Part shown: piece by piece, positions 1 to 13,425 of the stretch
Position numbering within the stretch: position 1 is the first letter of the stretch
Layout of the letters: each line of letters starts with the position of its first letter
Assembly: GCA_951406725.2 (NCBI GenBank)
Contig: OX597827.1
Span: 33,914,001 to 33,978,000, forward strand
Length of the DNA: 64,000 nt
Source of the DNA: Octopus vulgaris
Lineage: Eukaryota
Reading direction: 5' to 3'
Position numbers and translations under genes: made by a program
Notes under the pieces: model-generated
What the model was told of the DNA's origin: nothing
Seen by the model: only the letters and a program-made list of their open reading frames with translations
Database searches by the model: none

Positions 1-510
1 CGATAGGCTGTACTTGTCCAGCAGAAATGGTGGGAGAGGTTTGATCAGTTGCCAGGACTGTATCGAAGCAGAGGAAAACAGCTTAGGGTGGTATATAAAG
101 AAATGCCGTGGAGCCACTGTTGAAACATACAATGAAGACCGGCGTCATCAAAACTGAAAATTGTGTAACGAAGGAAAAATTTAAGCAAGAAATAAACGAA
201 AAAAAAAGGAAAGACAAAGCATGGAAGGAAAAATGTACGGTCAATTTGCAAGAGATGTGAACGCCAAGACAGATACAGAGGATAGGTGGCTATGGCTGAG
301 GAGGAGTGATCTGAAGATAGAGACAGAAATACTCATATGCGCAGCTCAGGAGCAAGCGTTATGGACTAACAATATGAAGTGTAGAATAGACAACGCTACC
401 GATAACGACAAATGAAGAATGTGTAGTGAGAGGGATGAAACGGAATGACACATCGTTAGCGAATACCCGAAATTGGCGCAACGCGAATACAAAAGACGTC
501 ATGATAATGT
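1..510 (+). mobile_element. Decayed non-LTR retrotransposon fragment (RLE-type, Dong/R4-like), post-RT region
   Basis: Translation WLWLRRSDLKIETEILICAAQEQAL..N, followed by a decayed C-x2-C...H...C knuckle and YKRRHDNV; contains stops. Confidence 0.75.
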
Positions 511-519
511 GCCCTTAAT

Positions 520-1670
520 ATTTTGATTGTGAGGTCACATGAGTCAAGGTCACTTTTCCTTAAGCATGGTCAAAGAACTGTAAAAAGAACTTCATGGTAT
601 GTATGCTCTTTATGGAACTTTGCCATCACAAATCTGCTTTTGGTTACTTTATAATTGTTGACTATTCTGAAAATGCTTTCCCAGTTGATAATTAGCTTGG
701 ACATGTTTTGCATTTCAGAAATATGGCCAGTTGTGAGAGAAGGGAATGTAAAAACAGTCCCGATGTCTTCTGCTTATTTCTAGATTAGGCAGTGAAACAA
801 AATCACAGATTTTGTGAAAAAAGCTCACCTAATTTCCTTACTTACCTTACTTCCTTACATGAAACTCGGTGACAAGACAAAGTTTGGGCATCCTATATAG
901 TGTGCAAAACATGTGTTGAAACACTGAGACAGTAACTCCTTTAGATACTTAAGCAAAAAGTTTCCAGCTTTGCCTTGTGAGAAAAATAAGGTTGGTGTGT
1001 TTGACGGTCCACATATTAGGTGACTATCGCAAGATGAGCTGTTTTTGGAGACCATTTCTGGCATTGAAAAAGAAGCATGGAATGCTTTTGTTGCAGTTGT
1101 ATGTGATTTCCTGAGAAACAGGAAGCCATCAAATTAAGAAGACTTTGTGCAGACACTATTAACCAGTTTTCGAGCACTGGCTGCAACATGAGTGTAATTG
1201 TGCATTTCTTGCACAGACATCTGGACAACTTCCTTGAAAATCCTAAGGCAATAGTGATGAGCCAGGAAAAAGATTCCACCAAGACATCGAGAACATGGGG
1301 ACTAGGTATCATGGCAGGTAGAACACCAACATGGTGCTGTCTAATGCTAATCACTGAAAAGAGACTGTCATGATTCAATTTATTCACATAAAGCAACAAA
1401 GAGAAAGTTCATTCCTTGAGTAGTTCAAACTCCAGTTTGACAGAAATATCTATTCTAAGATGTGTAATTAAACATTTTGTGTAATAAATGCTAAACAATA
1501 AAAACTACTATTTGGTTTGTGTTAGCTTCTTATTTCAGACTTGCATTTAATGGCAAAATTGACATTTTTTGGTAAACAATTTGAGTTCCTGTTTAATAAA
1601 AAACTTGACGTGATAAGCAAGACAACTAAAAAGTGTTTTTGAAATGATCCCCAGTGTAAAAGACATAACA
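520..1670 (+). mobile_element. Degenerate DNA-transposon-type transposase remnant, superfamily not assigned
   Basis: Broken frames give GVFDGPHIR, MSVIVHFLHRHLDNFLEN and ..RFHQDI, recalling a widespread invertebrate transposase-derived family (HFLHSHLD..GERFHQD). Confidence 0.5.
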
Positions 1671-1689
1671 TGTCCCGGTAACAACAGAA

Positions 1690-2115
1690 GTTCAGTTCTA
1701 TATTTAAGAGATGAGGAATTATGTACCTTATTTACACTATTTACAATTGAAGGATATTTGTCCTCATCTTGTTTGTTGTTAACACAACGTTTCGGTTGAT
1801 ATACATTCCAGCCTTCATCAGGTGTCTTGGGGAAATTTCGAAACTGGTTTCTCATTCCTAAGATATTTTTCGATGTTATTATTATTATTATAACTCGGAA
1901 TCTTGGGGTTAGTAGCCCGCGCTCTTAACCACTACGCCATATGCTCGTGGGCAATTATGGAGTGAAATTTAGGACTTATAAATATAATATTTTCCTATCC
2001 TTCCTTAATACCGGTTCCCATATGCTATTCGTATCTGTACTCAAGGCTGGAGGGTATATTAGCCGAAACGTTGTGTTACCAACAAACAAGATGAGGAGAA
2101 ATATCCGTCAAATAT
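1690..2115 (-). mobile_element. tRNA-like/(AAT)n/hammerhead repeat (minus copy ~1690-1940 plus upstream part) with inverted partial copy at ~2044-2115
   Basis: Same sequence as 21060-21683 and 25740-26035. Hammerhead motif at 1781-1826 on the minus strand. Confidence 0.75.
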
Positions 2116-2409
2116 GGAGCCTAAAAACAAACAATTCCTGTCAAAGCAGGCGCATTTGGTATAATAAAGAAACATTCAGACAAATACATAACAAAAACAC
2201 CAGGACTAACAAGTATATATAACATAAGAAAATAGCACTACTAGGCACCGCACATAACCTACGTAAAACACTTTCAATACAGTGAAAATAAGATCACCAC
2301 TACAAACCACAGCACATACCTAAGGCATACAGAGCTGCACTCAGTAGTGCAGTGAAAGCACATGAGAAAAATAAGACTAATGAATAATAATGATAATAAT
2401 AAAAATAAA

Positions 2410-2468
<59 letters not shown>

Positions 2469-2474
2469 CAATAA

Positions 2475-2780
2475 TAAAAAGGAAAAGTCGATAGGTATGA
2501 CAGATTAGCTTAGGAGGTAAAGCAATTGTAGTCGAATGAAAAGGTAGTAGTGGTACCAATAATTGTCGGAGCCCTGGGAACAGTGAGTAAAAATCTCGAG
2601 AAGTACTTGGAATAAATAGGAACTGCAATAAGGGTGGAGCACTTGCAGAAAACAGCACTGCTTGGAACCACTTGAATACTCCGGAAGGTGCTCGAAAAAT
2701 AAGAGGTGTTACCTTAGTTCACTGGAAGTGAACAGCTGACGCCGTAGTACATCTCCAGCGTTAGAAGCTGTGCAAAAGCA
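2475..2780 (+). mobile_element. 3' end of RLE-type LINE between (AAT)n tracts
   Basis: VVVPIIVGALGTVSKNLEKY..LQKTALLGT; near-duplicate of 5875-6170; ends directly in (AAT)n. Confidence 0.75.
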
Positions 2781-2795
2781 ATAATAATAATAATA

Positions 2796-2859
<64 letters not shown>

Positions 2860-4850
2860 CCATAACAATGACACTTAGGAAAGTTAAGATGCGTTACCGA
2901 TGTGGGAAGAAATCTTCTGTTTATGGATGACCTGAAATTGTTTGGGAAAATCTGAAAAACAGATAAATTCCTTAACCAAAACAGCACAGAAGTGTGGTAG
3001 GGACATCGGTATGGAATTTGGAATTACCAAATGCTCAGTACTTAATATGAAAAGAGGGAAGAAAGCAGCTTGCAGAAGATTGCGGTTATCATCAGGAGAC
3101 CAAGGGTGAACCCGACGGTAGTGGGTATAGATATTTAGGGATTTTGGAGCTAGATGACATTCTACGCAGAGAAATGAAAGTCAAGGTCAGCGAGGCATAT
3201 CGAAAAAGAGTGAAAATGGTGTTCAAATCCAACCTGAATGCCAAAGATTTGATTACCACAATGAATATCCGGGCAGTTGCGGTGGTCAGATATAGTGCGT
3301 CCATCCTCAAATGGACTAAGAAGGAAATATCGAAACTGGATAGAAGGACGAGAAAGTTGATGACACTGCATTGGGCGCTACACTATAAAACAAACGTAAA
3401 CAGACTGTATATGAAAAGAAAGAATGGTGGCAGATGACTAATTAGTATGGACCATTGTATAAGGAGTGAAAGGAGAATGCTTGCCGAGTATTTGGTAAAT
3501 AGTGATGAAGACCTGTTGTAATATGCCGCGAAGGATATGGGTGTAAATGCAGATGAAATGATGGGCAAGGAAGAGTTTAACCAAAGAGCTGAGGAGAAGA
3601 GAGAAGAAGACATTCTTGAAATGAGAATGCATGGATAGTTTGAAAGGAATACACAGGATGTTAAGAATAATACAGTATCGTGGGCATGGCTTGAGCGAGG
3701 TGATTTGAAGCGTACCACCGAAAGCCTGATCATTGGTGCACAAAACCAGGCTCTTGCTACCAATTCAGTGAAGTATAATATCTACAAAACTTTTGACACC
3801 CAGAAATGCAGACTCTGTAGAAAGAGTGTGGAAAATGTGACCCTCATTGTAAGTGAATGTGAGAGCTTTGCACAAAAACAATACAAGCGCCGCAACGACA
3901 AAATGTGTGTGTATCTTCATTGGCTCTTATGCCGTAAATACCAATATCCTTTCTACTAAAGGCACAAGGCCTGAAATTCAAGGGAAGAGGACTAGTTGAT
4001 TGAATCGACCCCAGTGTTTCACTGGTACTTAATTTACGAGCCCGAAGGCAAAGTCGACCTCAACGGAATTTGAACTCAGAATGTACCGACGGGCGAAATA
4101 CCTATTTCTTTATTACCCACAAGGGGCTAAACATAGAGGGGACAAACAAGGACAGACAAACGGATTAAGATTATATCGACCCCAGTGCGTAACTGGTACT
4201 TATTTAATCGACCCCGAAAGGATGAAAGGCAAAGTCGACCCCGGCGGAATTTGAACTCAGAAGGTAGCGGCAGATGAAATACCGCTCAGCATTTCTCCCA
4301 GCGTGCTAACGTTTCTGCCAGATCGCCGCCCGTAAATACCAATATGAAGTTACAGGGAATTGGTATAAGCGTGTACTAAGTAAAGTTATGCAAGAGAAGG
4401 GAAACGCAACGATGCTCTGGGACTATGATTTTCAGACGGAACGTGTAGTCGAAGACCGTCGGCCTGATATTGTAATATTGAGTAAGAGAGACAAATACCG
4501 TCAGCTCATTGATGTAGCCATACCAAATGACATGAATATTGTGAGTAAAGTGGTTGAAAAAAATCACCAAGTACTCCGAATTGAAAGTGGAAACGGCAAG
4601 ACTGTATGGAATGCGCGAAGGTGATGTAAAAGTGATACCAGTGGTGATCGGAGCGTTTGGGCTCAACCCCACTGAAACTTCAAAACTTCTTAAGGCAACT
4701 GGAAATCCCATGCAAGATTGATGTCTTGCAAAACGCAGCCTTATTGAGCAAAGCGCACATCTTAAGGGAAGTATTATTTGTCTGAGGTCCTTGTTGTGAC
4801 TTGACAGATGACTAAAGACTCCAGTGCATTTTTACCTACACTGTGTTACG
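2860..4850 (+). mobile_element. 5'-truncated RLE-type (Dong/R4-like) LINE, interrupted by a SINE
   Basis: RT motif LFMDDLKL, YRYLGILE, zinc knuckle CRLC..ENVTLIVSEC and RLE motif RRPDIVI..LIDVAIP. Flanked by (AAT)n on both sides; has stops and frameshifts. Confidence 0.85.
3948..4330 (-). mobile_element. tRNA-derived SINE (Nin-like core) inserted in the LINE
   Basis: Minus strand reads GAGTTCAAATTCC (B box) and CCTTTCATCCTTTCGGGGTCGAT. Flanked by the direct repeat CCGTAAATACCAATAT (target-site duplication). Confidence 0.8.
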
Positions 4851-4853
4851 AAG

Positions 4854-4934
<81 letters not shown>

Positions 4935-4969
4935 TGATGATGATGATGACAATAACAATAATAATAATA

Positions 4970-5500
4970 AATACCCTGATATAGGGCAGTGGCTCTCATG
5001 GCTTCTGATCTTAACTGATTGGAAGTGTTATCATGTACATTGTTTTGTCTTGGTATAAAAGATGGGCTATTGCAAATATTCCGCTTAATAGTACAGATTT
5101 GCTCGTCAGTTGTTTGACCGTAACCAGTTGAGCATATCTCTTGGTGGCTGACGGTATGTGCATCTCTGATCACGACACAATTAGTGTTGAGAGGAATTCT
5201 TTGGGGTTTGGACAATCCACCTTTGGAAACATTGGTGTTTTGTTCATAATCCTTAAACAATCCTTATTCAGGGACCCTTTGAACGGGATGGGCTACTCGA
5301 CGTGAAGGAAATTTCAACTGGGCCCCACATGTAAGGTCATGCGCTGTTTATCTTGATATGAGTTCACAATGTCACGCACATATGGTTGTGATGCATGTGC
5401 CTGGTGTATCCTTATCAGACGGGTAGTCATGATGGGTATACTGGGCTCCGTACATTTTTACCCCAGTGTCACTTTGATGGCATGCACTGCTCTCTCACTC
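4970..5500 (+). repeat. Non-coding interspersed repeat ending in (AAT)n
   Basis: Bounded by (AAT)n tracts. An internally deleted copy of its two ends recurs at ~6236-6290. Confidence 0.5.
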
Positions 5501-5565
<65 letters not shown>

Positions 5566-5589
5566 TGATGATGATGATGATAATAATAG

Positions 5590-6172
5590 CCCAGAAAGAA
5601 TATAAGAGACGACACGACAAATATAGCAAGGCTTGTCCATTAGACACCCTGCAACAAGTATGGACTTGACAGAGCAAAAAATTGGTACGACCACACACCC
5701 GAAGGTATCGTCGAAAATGATAATGCAAAGATCCTGTGGGATTTTATTATTCAGTGCGACCATCAGATAGAGAATAGGAAGCCAAACATAGTCTTAATTA
5801 AGAAAGAAAGCAAACTATGCTGGATCATAGATATAACATGCCCAGCTGACAACAAGGCATGCGATAAGGAGGAAAGAAAAGTCGATAGATATGACAGGTT
5901 AGCTTGGGAAGTTGAGCAGTTGTGGTCAATGAAAAAGGTGGTGGTAGTACCAATAATTGTCGGAGCCCTGGGAACAGTGAGTAAAAATCTTGAAAAGTAC
6001 ATGAAACAAATAGGGGCTGCAATAATTGTGGGGCACTTGCAGAAAACAGCACTGCTTGGAACCGTTCGAATACTCTGGCTGGTGCTCGAAAAATAAGAGG
6101 TGTTACCTTAGTTCACTGGAAGTGAACAGCTGACACCGTAGCACATCTTTAGCGTTAAAAGCTTTGCAAAGA
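5590..6172 (+). mobile_element. RLE-type LINE 3' fragment
   Basis: YKRRHD..KILWDF..RKPNIVLI..CWIIDITCP; ends in (AAT)n. Confidence 0.8.
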
Positions 6173-6192
6173 AAATAATAATAATAATAATA

Positions 6193-6224
<32 letters not shown>

Positions 6225-6289
6225 GATGATGATGATGATTGGAAGTGTTATCATGTACATTTTGATGGCATGCACTGCTCTCTTACTCA

Positions 6290-7072
6290 ATTCCAAATAC
6301 AACAAACTCCAGAATTAGACGCACTAGAAACAAGCACAGAAAAGCTAAGCGTATGAAACCCGTGCTAAAACTGCTGCCTTACATATTCTGACTGATAAAT
6401 GGCAAGAAAAACCTCACGATGGCAAATACTCAAAGAAAGCTAATAGTACCGATGGCTAGTGTCTTCTGGCTTAAAATCAGAAACAGAAGGGTTTATCATA
6501 GCAGCCTAAGATCAATGCCTACCTGCAAGAAACTACCAGGCCAACATATTAAAGAACGGCAGCTGCCCAACATGTATATGTCAACAACAAAATGAAACCA
6601 TTGATTATGGTGTCTCCATGTGCAGTCTTCTTATGCCTGCAGATTATCTCAACAAGCATGATGGAACAGCACAATATATTCACTAGGTAATTTGCAAAAA
6701 CCTGGACCTGTCCCATGATAAAAACTGGTAGGAACACAAAACACCTCATGTGCTGGAAAATGATCACATCTCCCACCATTCAAACTGATACAAAGATAGA
6801 TGCGAATAGGCCAGACATTATATTGAAAGACTTCAGACAAAAATCATGCATCCTCATTGATATGACTGTATCAATCGACATAAATGTATCTATCAAGACC
6901 TACCAAAAACTGAGCAAGTACAAAGATCTTGAAATAGAAATTGGCAAAATGTGGAACCTGAAGACTAAAACAATACCTGTTGTCATAGGTGCCCTAGGAA
7001 TGATAGCAAAATGGGCTGATTGCTACCTAGCTCAGATACCAGGAAACCCCAAAATGGTAGAAATTCAAAAGT
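6290..7072 (+). mobile_element. RLE-type LINE 3' fragment, different subfamily
   Basis: ORF 6715: NRPDIILKD..CILIDMTV..KLSKYKDLEIEI..IPVVIGALG (PD-(D/E)xK endonuclease). Confidence 0.8.
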
Positions 7073-7149
7073 CGAATTTACTGCAACAGCCTATTAAGCC
7101 AAGCAATCAAAAGAGGACTTTGAAGATATGTAGTTTTATTTCCAGCAAG

Positions 7150-7565
7150 ATGACGTATACCTCGAGTACCATAGCAATGCAAAGGCCTATCTTAAGATTT
7201 TTCCAATTGGACGAAGAGGTTCAGTAGAACACCTCTGGCATTCAACGGGCCTCACACCATTATATTTTGTATGAAGATGTCTAAAAGATAAAATTTACGG
7301 TACAAAACCGGCTATAGTCGACGAATTGAAGACAGCCATTGAACGAAAATGTGTACATATATCAAGCGAAAGGTTTTTTTTATGTTTTAGATCCCATTAC
7401 TCCTATCATCAGCTGAGCCTGGAGCAGAAGGGTCATTAGTATGGAACTAGTTGTTCATGAAAAATTAATTCGGTCTGGAGGTTCTATTAAATATTTAAAA
7501 TAAAGTGTATTTTAGTAAATAATGTTTTATAATCGATGCGTGTCTATATTTTTGGGACACCCTGT
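7150..7565 (+). mobile_element. Tc1/mariner-superfamily 3' remnant
   Basis: Decayed ..LKDKIY..KP....ELK.AI segment; ends in TIR-like GGGACACCCTG. Confidence 0.45.
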
Positions 7566-7774
7566 GTATCCAGACACATTTTGCCTTCTTTCTCTCCTTT
7601 TTTCCCCTATTACCATCCTTATTCCTTTCTGTAGAAGGTCATGGGCTTTGAATGTCAACAAATTCTTCCATTATTTTGAGCCTCTACACATTGTATGTTG
7701 TTCCTTCACCTGTTTCCATATTTTGCTTTTTTTGTTGTACAATTTGGAACCGTATATATATATATATATATATG

Positions 7775-8112
7775 TGTGATCATGTGACCGACCAAACCAT
7801 CAGATGTTGTTACACATCGCTGGTCACAAAGCCTTCGCATTGTTTTAGCCTTCGAATGACGCCACCCCGCTGGCTAAGCGAGCAGGCCAACAGAAGAAAG
7901 AGTGGGAGTAGGTGTGGTGAAAGCGTACAGCAGGGATCAGCACCCCCCGCCAGAGCCTCGTGGAGCTTTTTAGGTGTTTTCGCTCAATAAACACTCACAA
8001 CGCCCGGTCTGGGAATCGAAACCGCGATCCTACGACCGCGAGTCCGCTGCCCTAACCACTGGACCATATATATATATATATATATATGGAGGCGCAATGG
8101 CCCAGTGGTTAG

Positions 8113-8118
<6 letters not shown>
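7775..8118 (-). mobile_element. tRNA-derived SINE with short inverted copy of its head
   Basis: Minus strand TGGTCCAGTGGTTAGGG (A box) and GGTTTCGATTCCC (B box). Plus-strand head fragment at 8088-8116. Confidence 0.7.
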
Positions 8119-8206
<88 letters not shown>

Positions 8207-9265
8207 ATATATATGTATACAAACACACCCATACATACATATTAATATTATCTTAACGATTTTGGTATCTGTGTTATTGTCTACAATGCTTTCGTGCAAA
8301 CGCACGAAGTCATGCATGCTCTTTTTGCCTGGATGTTGTGTTTAAGTATCTCATCTCACTTTGTGTCTAATCTTTTTATCTGATGCGACTTTATTTGCTT
8401 ATTTTCTCTCCCATTATTTTATACACTAAACAAGTATTGGATTCAACACAATCAATTATATCCTCTCCACATTCTCTTTCTTCTCGAAAAAGTTTTTGTC
8501 GAATGTATCAATGTTAGCAACCATTTATCCATATTTTTTGAGTTTAGCGAGTTAAGAAAATCGTTAGAGCGTCGTAAAAATTGTCTAACAATGTATTTTA
8601 GCTCTTTACATTGTGAGTTCAAATCTTGTCGAGTTCTCTTTCGGAAATCTATTATATAAAATCCGTTCTGTCTGTCTGTGTGTGTGTCTTCTCGGATCTC
8701 GGGCATCCTCCATCCGATTGCGCTCAAATTTGATATGAAGATACCGACGGTAACAGGGCGTGTATAAGTCTTGAAAAAATTAGAAAAATCGATTCCTGGT
8801 GAGAATGCGATCGATAAAGCCGTTTTAGTCCTGCTTTTCTTCCGTCAACATAACTGCATCTTCCATTTTTTGTTGTTTTTGTACTACTTAAAGGTACCTT
8901 CCTTTCCTGCCAAGCTTACTGTTTAAGCCAGGTTTGTGTTCTCCCAGTCAACAGCCTTATCATTACTGGTACTTTAAACTCTTCGGTTGCATATTTGTGT
9001 GAATAAAAGCGTTTTTCTTTGGAATAGAAAAAAGTCTATCTTTATTTCTTCTTTTGTTGGTGTCTCAAATTTAGGTTAAATCAGTGTTTCTCAAAGGGGA
9101 GGCCTATGGGACGGTCGGATAAGTTGTTTTGAGAAAATTTGGTTTAAATGTTTGACAACTCAGCAGAAAAACTAAAAAGATACAAAACAAAAACAAAAAA
9201 ATCTGACAACTCAGCAGCCAATAGGATAGTCAATCAATACTCCTTGAACCAACTATATATACATA

Positions 9266-9372
<107 letters not shown>

Positions 9373-9489
9373 TGTGTTGAGATATGCAGAAACCGAGAAG
9401 TCCATAGCAACCAAGCCTTCAACCATTGTCCTAATATAAAAGGGAGTTCGATTTATAAAACTACAATTATACATATATAGCCAAACTAT

Positions 9490-9678
9490 TCACCCAGAAG
9501 AAGAGGGACAGCAAAGATAAAATTTAGGAAAATGAAATTTAAAAACTGTCGCTTTTGAATCACAATTTTGAGTTGCAAGTTGCAGGAAATTAATTAACAA
9601 ATTCAGATTTTGTTTCAAAAGATACGGAAAAAAACCCAAGACAAGAACGAAATCAGAGAAATATCTTTTATAAAAAAA
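9490..9678 (+). promoter_or_regulatory. Putative 5' UTR / proximal upstream region of gene A
   Basis: Aligns by eye with 42645-42834 upstream of gene B (e.g. ACAAGAACGAAATCA.AGAAATATCTTTTATAAA before ATG). TATAAAA at 9435 and 9454. Confidence 0.5.
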
Positions 9679-9729
9679 ATGGCACTTCATAGATTGTGTT
9701 TAATGGCGATTTTGTTGATCACTGTATTG
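9679..9729 (+). CDS. Gene A exon 1: signal peptide MALHRLCLMAILLITVL
   Basis: AAAATGG start, hydrophobic 17 aa, donor G|GTAAGT in phase 0; paralog at 42835. Confidence 0.8.
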
Positions 9730-9893
9730 GTAAGTTTAAGCAAAAATTGTTATATTTCATGTTTGCTCGATTGGTTCTTACGAATTTTTTGTGGTAGAAG
9801 GTGATTTGATTTTAAAATCTTATGTTTTGCTAAACTATATGACTTTCTACTCCTATTCACTGAACACGTAATTAAATTACCTCTCTCTTTCTC

Positions 9894-10017
<124 letters not shown>

Positions 10018-10390
10018 GTGCGTGCGTGTGTGTGTGTGCATGTGTGCGTGTGTGTGTGTGCATGTGTGCGTGTGTGTGTGTATGTGTGTATGTGAGTGTA
10101 TGTGTGTGCATGTGCGTTTATATATATATATATATATATATAATAGAAATATTAAAATTACTAAGTCTCTATAAAAGAGATTACGACAGCGTTTACTGGA
10201 AATTAATTGTTATCGCCATATTAATATGGCATTCTTATAATATAAGAATAATCGCTGCTGCTGTTATAAGGTTATAATGGATACAGATCGTGTATCAATA
10301 GCTATCTTAAGGCGGTGGCCTCATGGAGCTGACCAGCGGCAGCGATTATTCTTATATTATAAGAATGCCATATTAATATGGCGATAACAA

Positions 10391-10463
<73 letters not shown>

Positions 10464-10475
10464 GGTATGAAATTG

Positions 10476-10509
<34 letters not shown>

Positions 10510-10513
<4 letters not shown>

Positions 10514-11782
10514 GTCAGCCCATAAGTTTTGTCCGAATTTTCAATAAAGAAAAGAAGCGATCAAATGTTATATTTAATTGAAATTTAATCATCAATGTAC
10601 TTTCCTTGATTATCTCTTACTTCCTTCCATCTATTTACAAGCTTTTTAATCCCATCAATGTAAAACTATTTTGGTTTCAAAGCGAAGAACTCAGAAATAT
10701 CAGTTTCGACCTCCTTCTGGCTTGCGAAAGTTATGTCTCCCAAACGATTCTGTAAACTACGAAACAAATGGTAGTTTGAAGCAGCAAGGTCGGGAGAATA
10801 AGATGGATGAAGAATTTTTTCTCAACCAAGCTCTTCGATCTTCTTTGATGTGATGGGGTCAAACATTGTCCTTATAAAAACATCACCCCTTTTCGATTCC
10901 CTAAAGCGGGTATTTTTTTCTTCAAAGCTTGGCTCAAATGCTCTAATTGGTGACAGTAGACTTGAGCATTGATTGTTGCATTAGGTGGCAACAATTCAAA
11001 GTGAATTACTCCTTTGCAATCCCACCAGATAGAGAGAAGAACCTTTTTCTCGTGAAGTTCCCTTCTCGGTTATGGTTGAGCTTTTTACCAAGCCACTGTT
11101 TACGACGTTTAACATTTCGATAGAAGGTCCATTTTTCGTCACCAGTCACAAGTCTATCAAAAAAGGGTGAAATGAGTTCGCGAGAATGGAGAGAAGAGCA
11201 GATGTCAACTCAGGATTTGCGGTTGCATTCGGACAATTCACGAGGCTTCCGTTTTCCAAGTTTGGGAAACTTTCCAAATTGTTGAAGATGACGATGAACA
11301 GTTGTATGGCTTGAGCTAAGCTTTATTGCCAATTCTTCAACTAATAACGCAGGATTTTCTTCCAGTAATGCCTCAAGGAGCTTATCATCAAACTCAACTG
11401 GACGTCCTGTTCGATCTTCATCTTTAAGGCCGAAATCTCCACTTCTGAATTTTGCAAACCATCTTCTGCAAGTTCTTTCATTCGAGCATTCTTTCCCATA
11501 AACTGAGTGTATGTTTCGAGTCGCTTCGACTGAAGAGTTTCCTTTTTTGTGCTCATAAAGCATTATGTACCTTAAATGCTCTTTGGATACTTCCATGTTA
11601 GAAAAGGTTTTAATCAAAGAAATTTTCTTTCTATTATTCTGTAAAATAATATTTAATGAGTTTAAATGTACACAAATGCATAAAAGTAATTTTTAATTCC
11701 ATTAGACATTCTAAAATTCTATTACATTTCATTCAATTTAAAAAAAGAACTAAAATCGGACAGAACTTATGGGATGACCGGA
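10510..11782 (-). mobile_element. Near full-length decayed mariner (DD34D) transposon
   Basis: TIRs TCAGGTCAGCCCATAAGTTTTGTCCGA / TCGGACAGAACTTATGGGATGACCGGA with TA flanks. HTH region MEVSKEHLRYIMLYE..RWFAKFRSGDF; stops present. Confidence 0.92.
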
Positions 11783-12179
11783 TACATCAGCTAGGGGTCT
11801 CTCAAACCCCGTGGTTTTACTACGCTCCCTGACACCAACCCAGGGTATTTCTGCATTCCCACGCTTAGATGGTTTGTCATCATATATGCTAGTTAAGCCA
11901 TAGCTAGGACCCTGGTAGGTGCTACTACTCCGTGATAGAATACACTCCTCAAAACTTTGGAACTTCCAAACCAGAGTCCCGCTATCGGATACTCTGATTT
12001 AAAACCTGCGGTTTCACATGATTACTGTTCATCTCGCTTCAGCCTGTCACTGGGTACTAATCACAGAAACTCAGATCGTAGTACACCAGTTTTTCAAGCG
12101 TTCATCACTACAGTTCAATGACGTACAGATATCTTTTTATGGTGATCTCATTTGTCAATCAATCTACTGAAAGTCCTAT

Positions 12180-12910
12180 GATAATGGAAGAGTGACGCGC
12201 CGAACTAATCAATTGAAAGCGCATCATAAGTTACAACTTTCGCCCGTTATGTATGTTTGAAACCACGCAGATCTGAAACGGGACTGAATAGTCATCTGAA
12301 AGGTTATGGATGGCAGGTCAGAAATACCATTGACAATAAGGAAGCACCTCTGTAAAGATGGAGCAATCACCATACATACACACACATGTAGACAAGCACA
12401 TTCACATACATACACACACACACGCACACAGGGCGTGTGACGGGTAAATTGTCGGCATTTCATATTTTTTATTTCGTGCATGCGCATTGTTTTTGATTTT
12501 GTCGACTACACAGTATAGTAGGGCCAGTTGGGCATCGTCTGTGAGAAAAACAACACCATGACGCAATTCACTCTGCCAGAATTTTGGAAACGACATGCTG
12601 TACTCAGGGACTTGGGAGTATCTGAGCTACTTATCAGGCAGGTAGTGCATGAAGACATTCGGTATTCCTCGTACAAAATGAGAAAGTGCTAATTTTTATC
12701 TCAAGCTATCAAAGATAAGAAAAGAGACCGCGCAACGAAGTTTTTCAACAAACTCAAGCATTCCCTCCAACCGAACATGATTTGGTTTTTCTCAGACAAG
12801 AGAAATCTCTTCCAGATCAGATGGTGAACACACAGAACAACCGTTGATTTGCCGTGTCCCTAAAACATGTACCAAGAGTGATAAAAATCAAACATCTAGT
12901 CAACATCATG
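12180..12910 (+). mobile_element. Tc1/mariner-superfamily transposase remnant, interrupted
   Basis: IRQVVHEDIRYSSYKMRK..FFNKLKH..IWFFSD..NTQNNR, with stops and frameshift. Confidence 0.6.
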
Positions 12911-12958
12911 AATGCGAAAGAAATAGTTAAATAACCGTAAACCTACTTTTGGGCCACG

Positions 12959-13035
<77 letters not shown>

Positions 13036-13156
13036 CATATACATATATATATATGCATACATACATATATACACATATATACACAAGGTACGCATAAAAA
13101 TGCGTCTAATGACGTAATGCAATAGGCATATACGTTGTGCTCGTGTTGGTTTGTAA

Positions 13157-13425
13157 CTAAACCTTGTGACTTAAACTGCGGCTAAAACAAAAGTGGTGTT
13201 CTAGCTGCCAAGCAGGAATGGTTATAAGTGGTTCATTATTGAGCGGGAAGATATATATTAGAATGTAAGACTGAACGGGAAAATCACGTGGTATCACTTT
13301 GGAGCATAATTGTAGAGTTGTTATAATGGAGTTGTTGGAGTAAAAGGTATCATATAGATTTCTCAATATGTTAACATCCACTGGACAGCTAATTTCCACA
13401 ACTGTACACAGTTTCTCTTCTCTAT
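13157..13425 (-). mobile_element. RLE-type LINE C-terminal remnant
   Basis: DREEKLCTVVEISCPVDVNI resembles the second acidic motif of the RLE domain. Confidence 0.45.

Noticed and set aside
2274-5763. Poly-L, poly-I, poly-Y and poly-N ORFs
   Set aside because: Translations of (AAT)n tracts.
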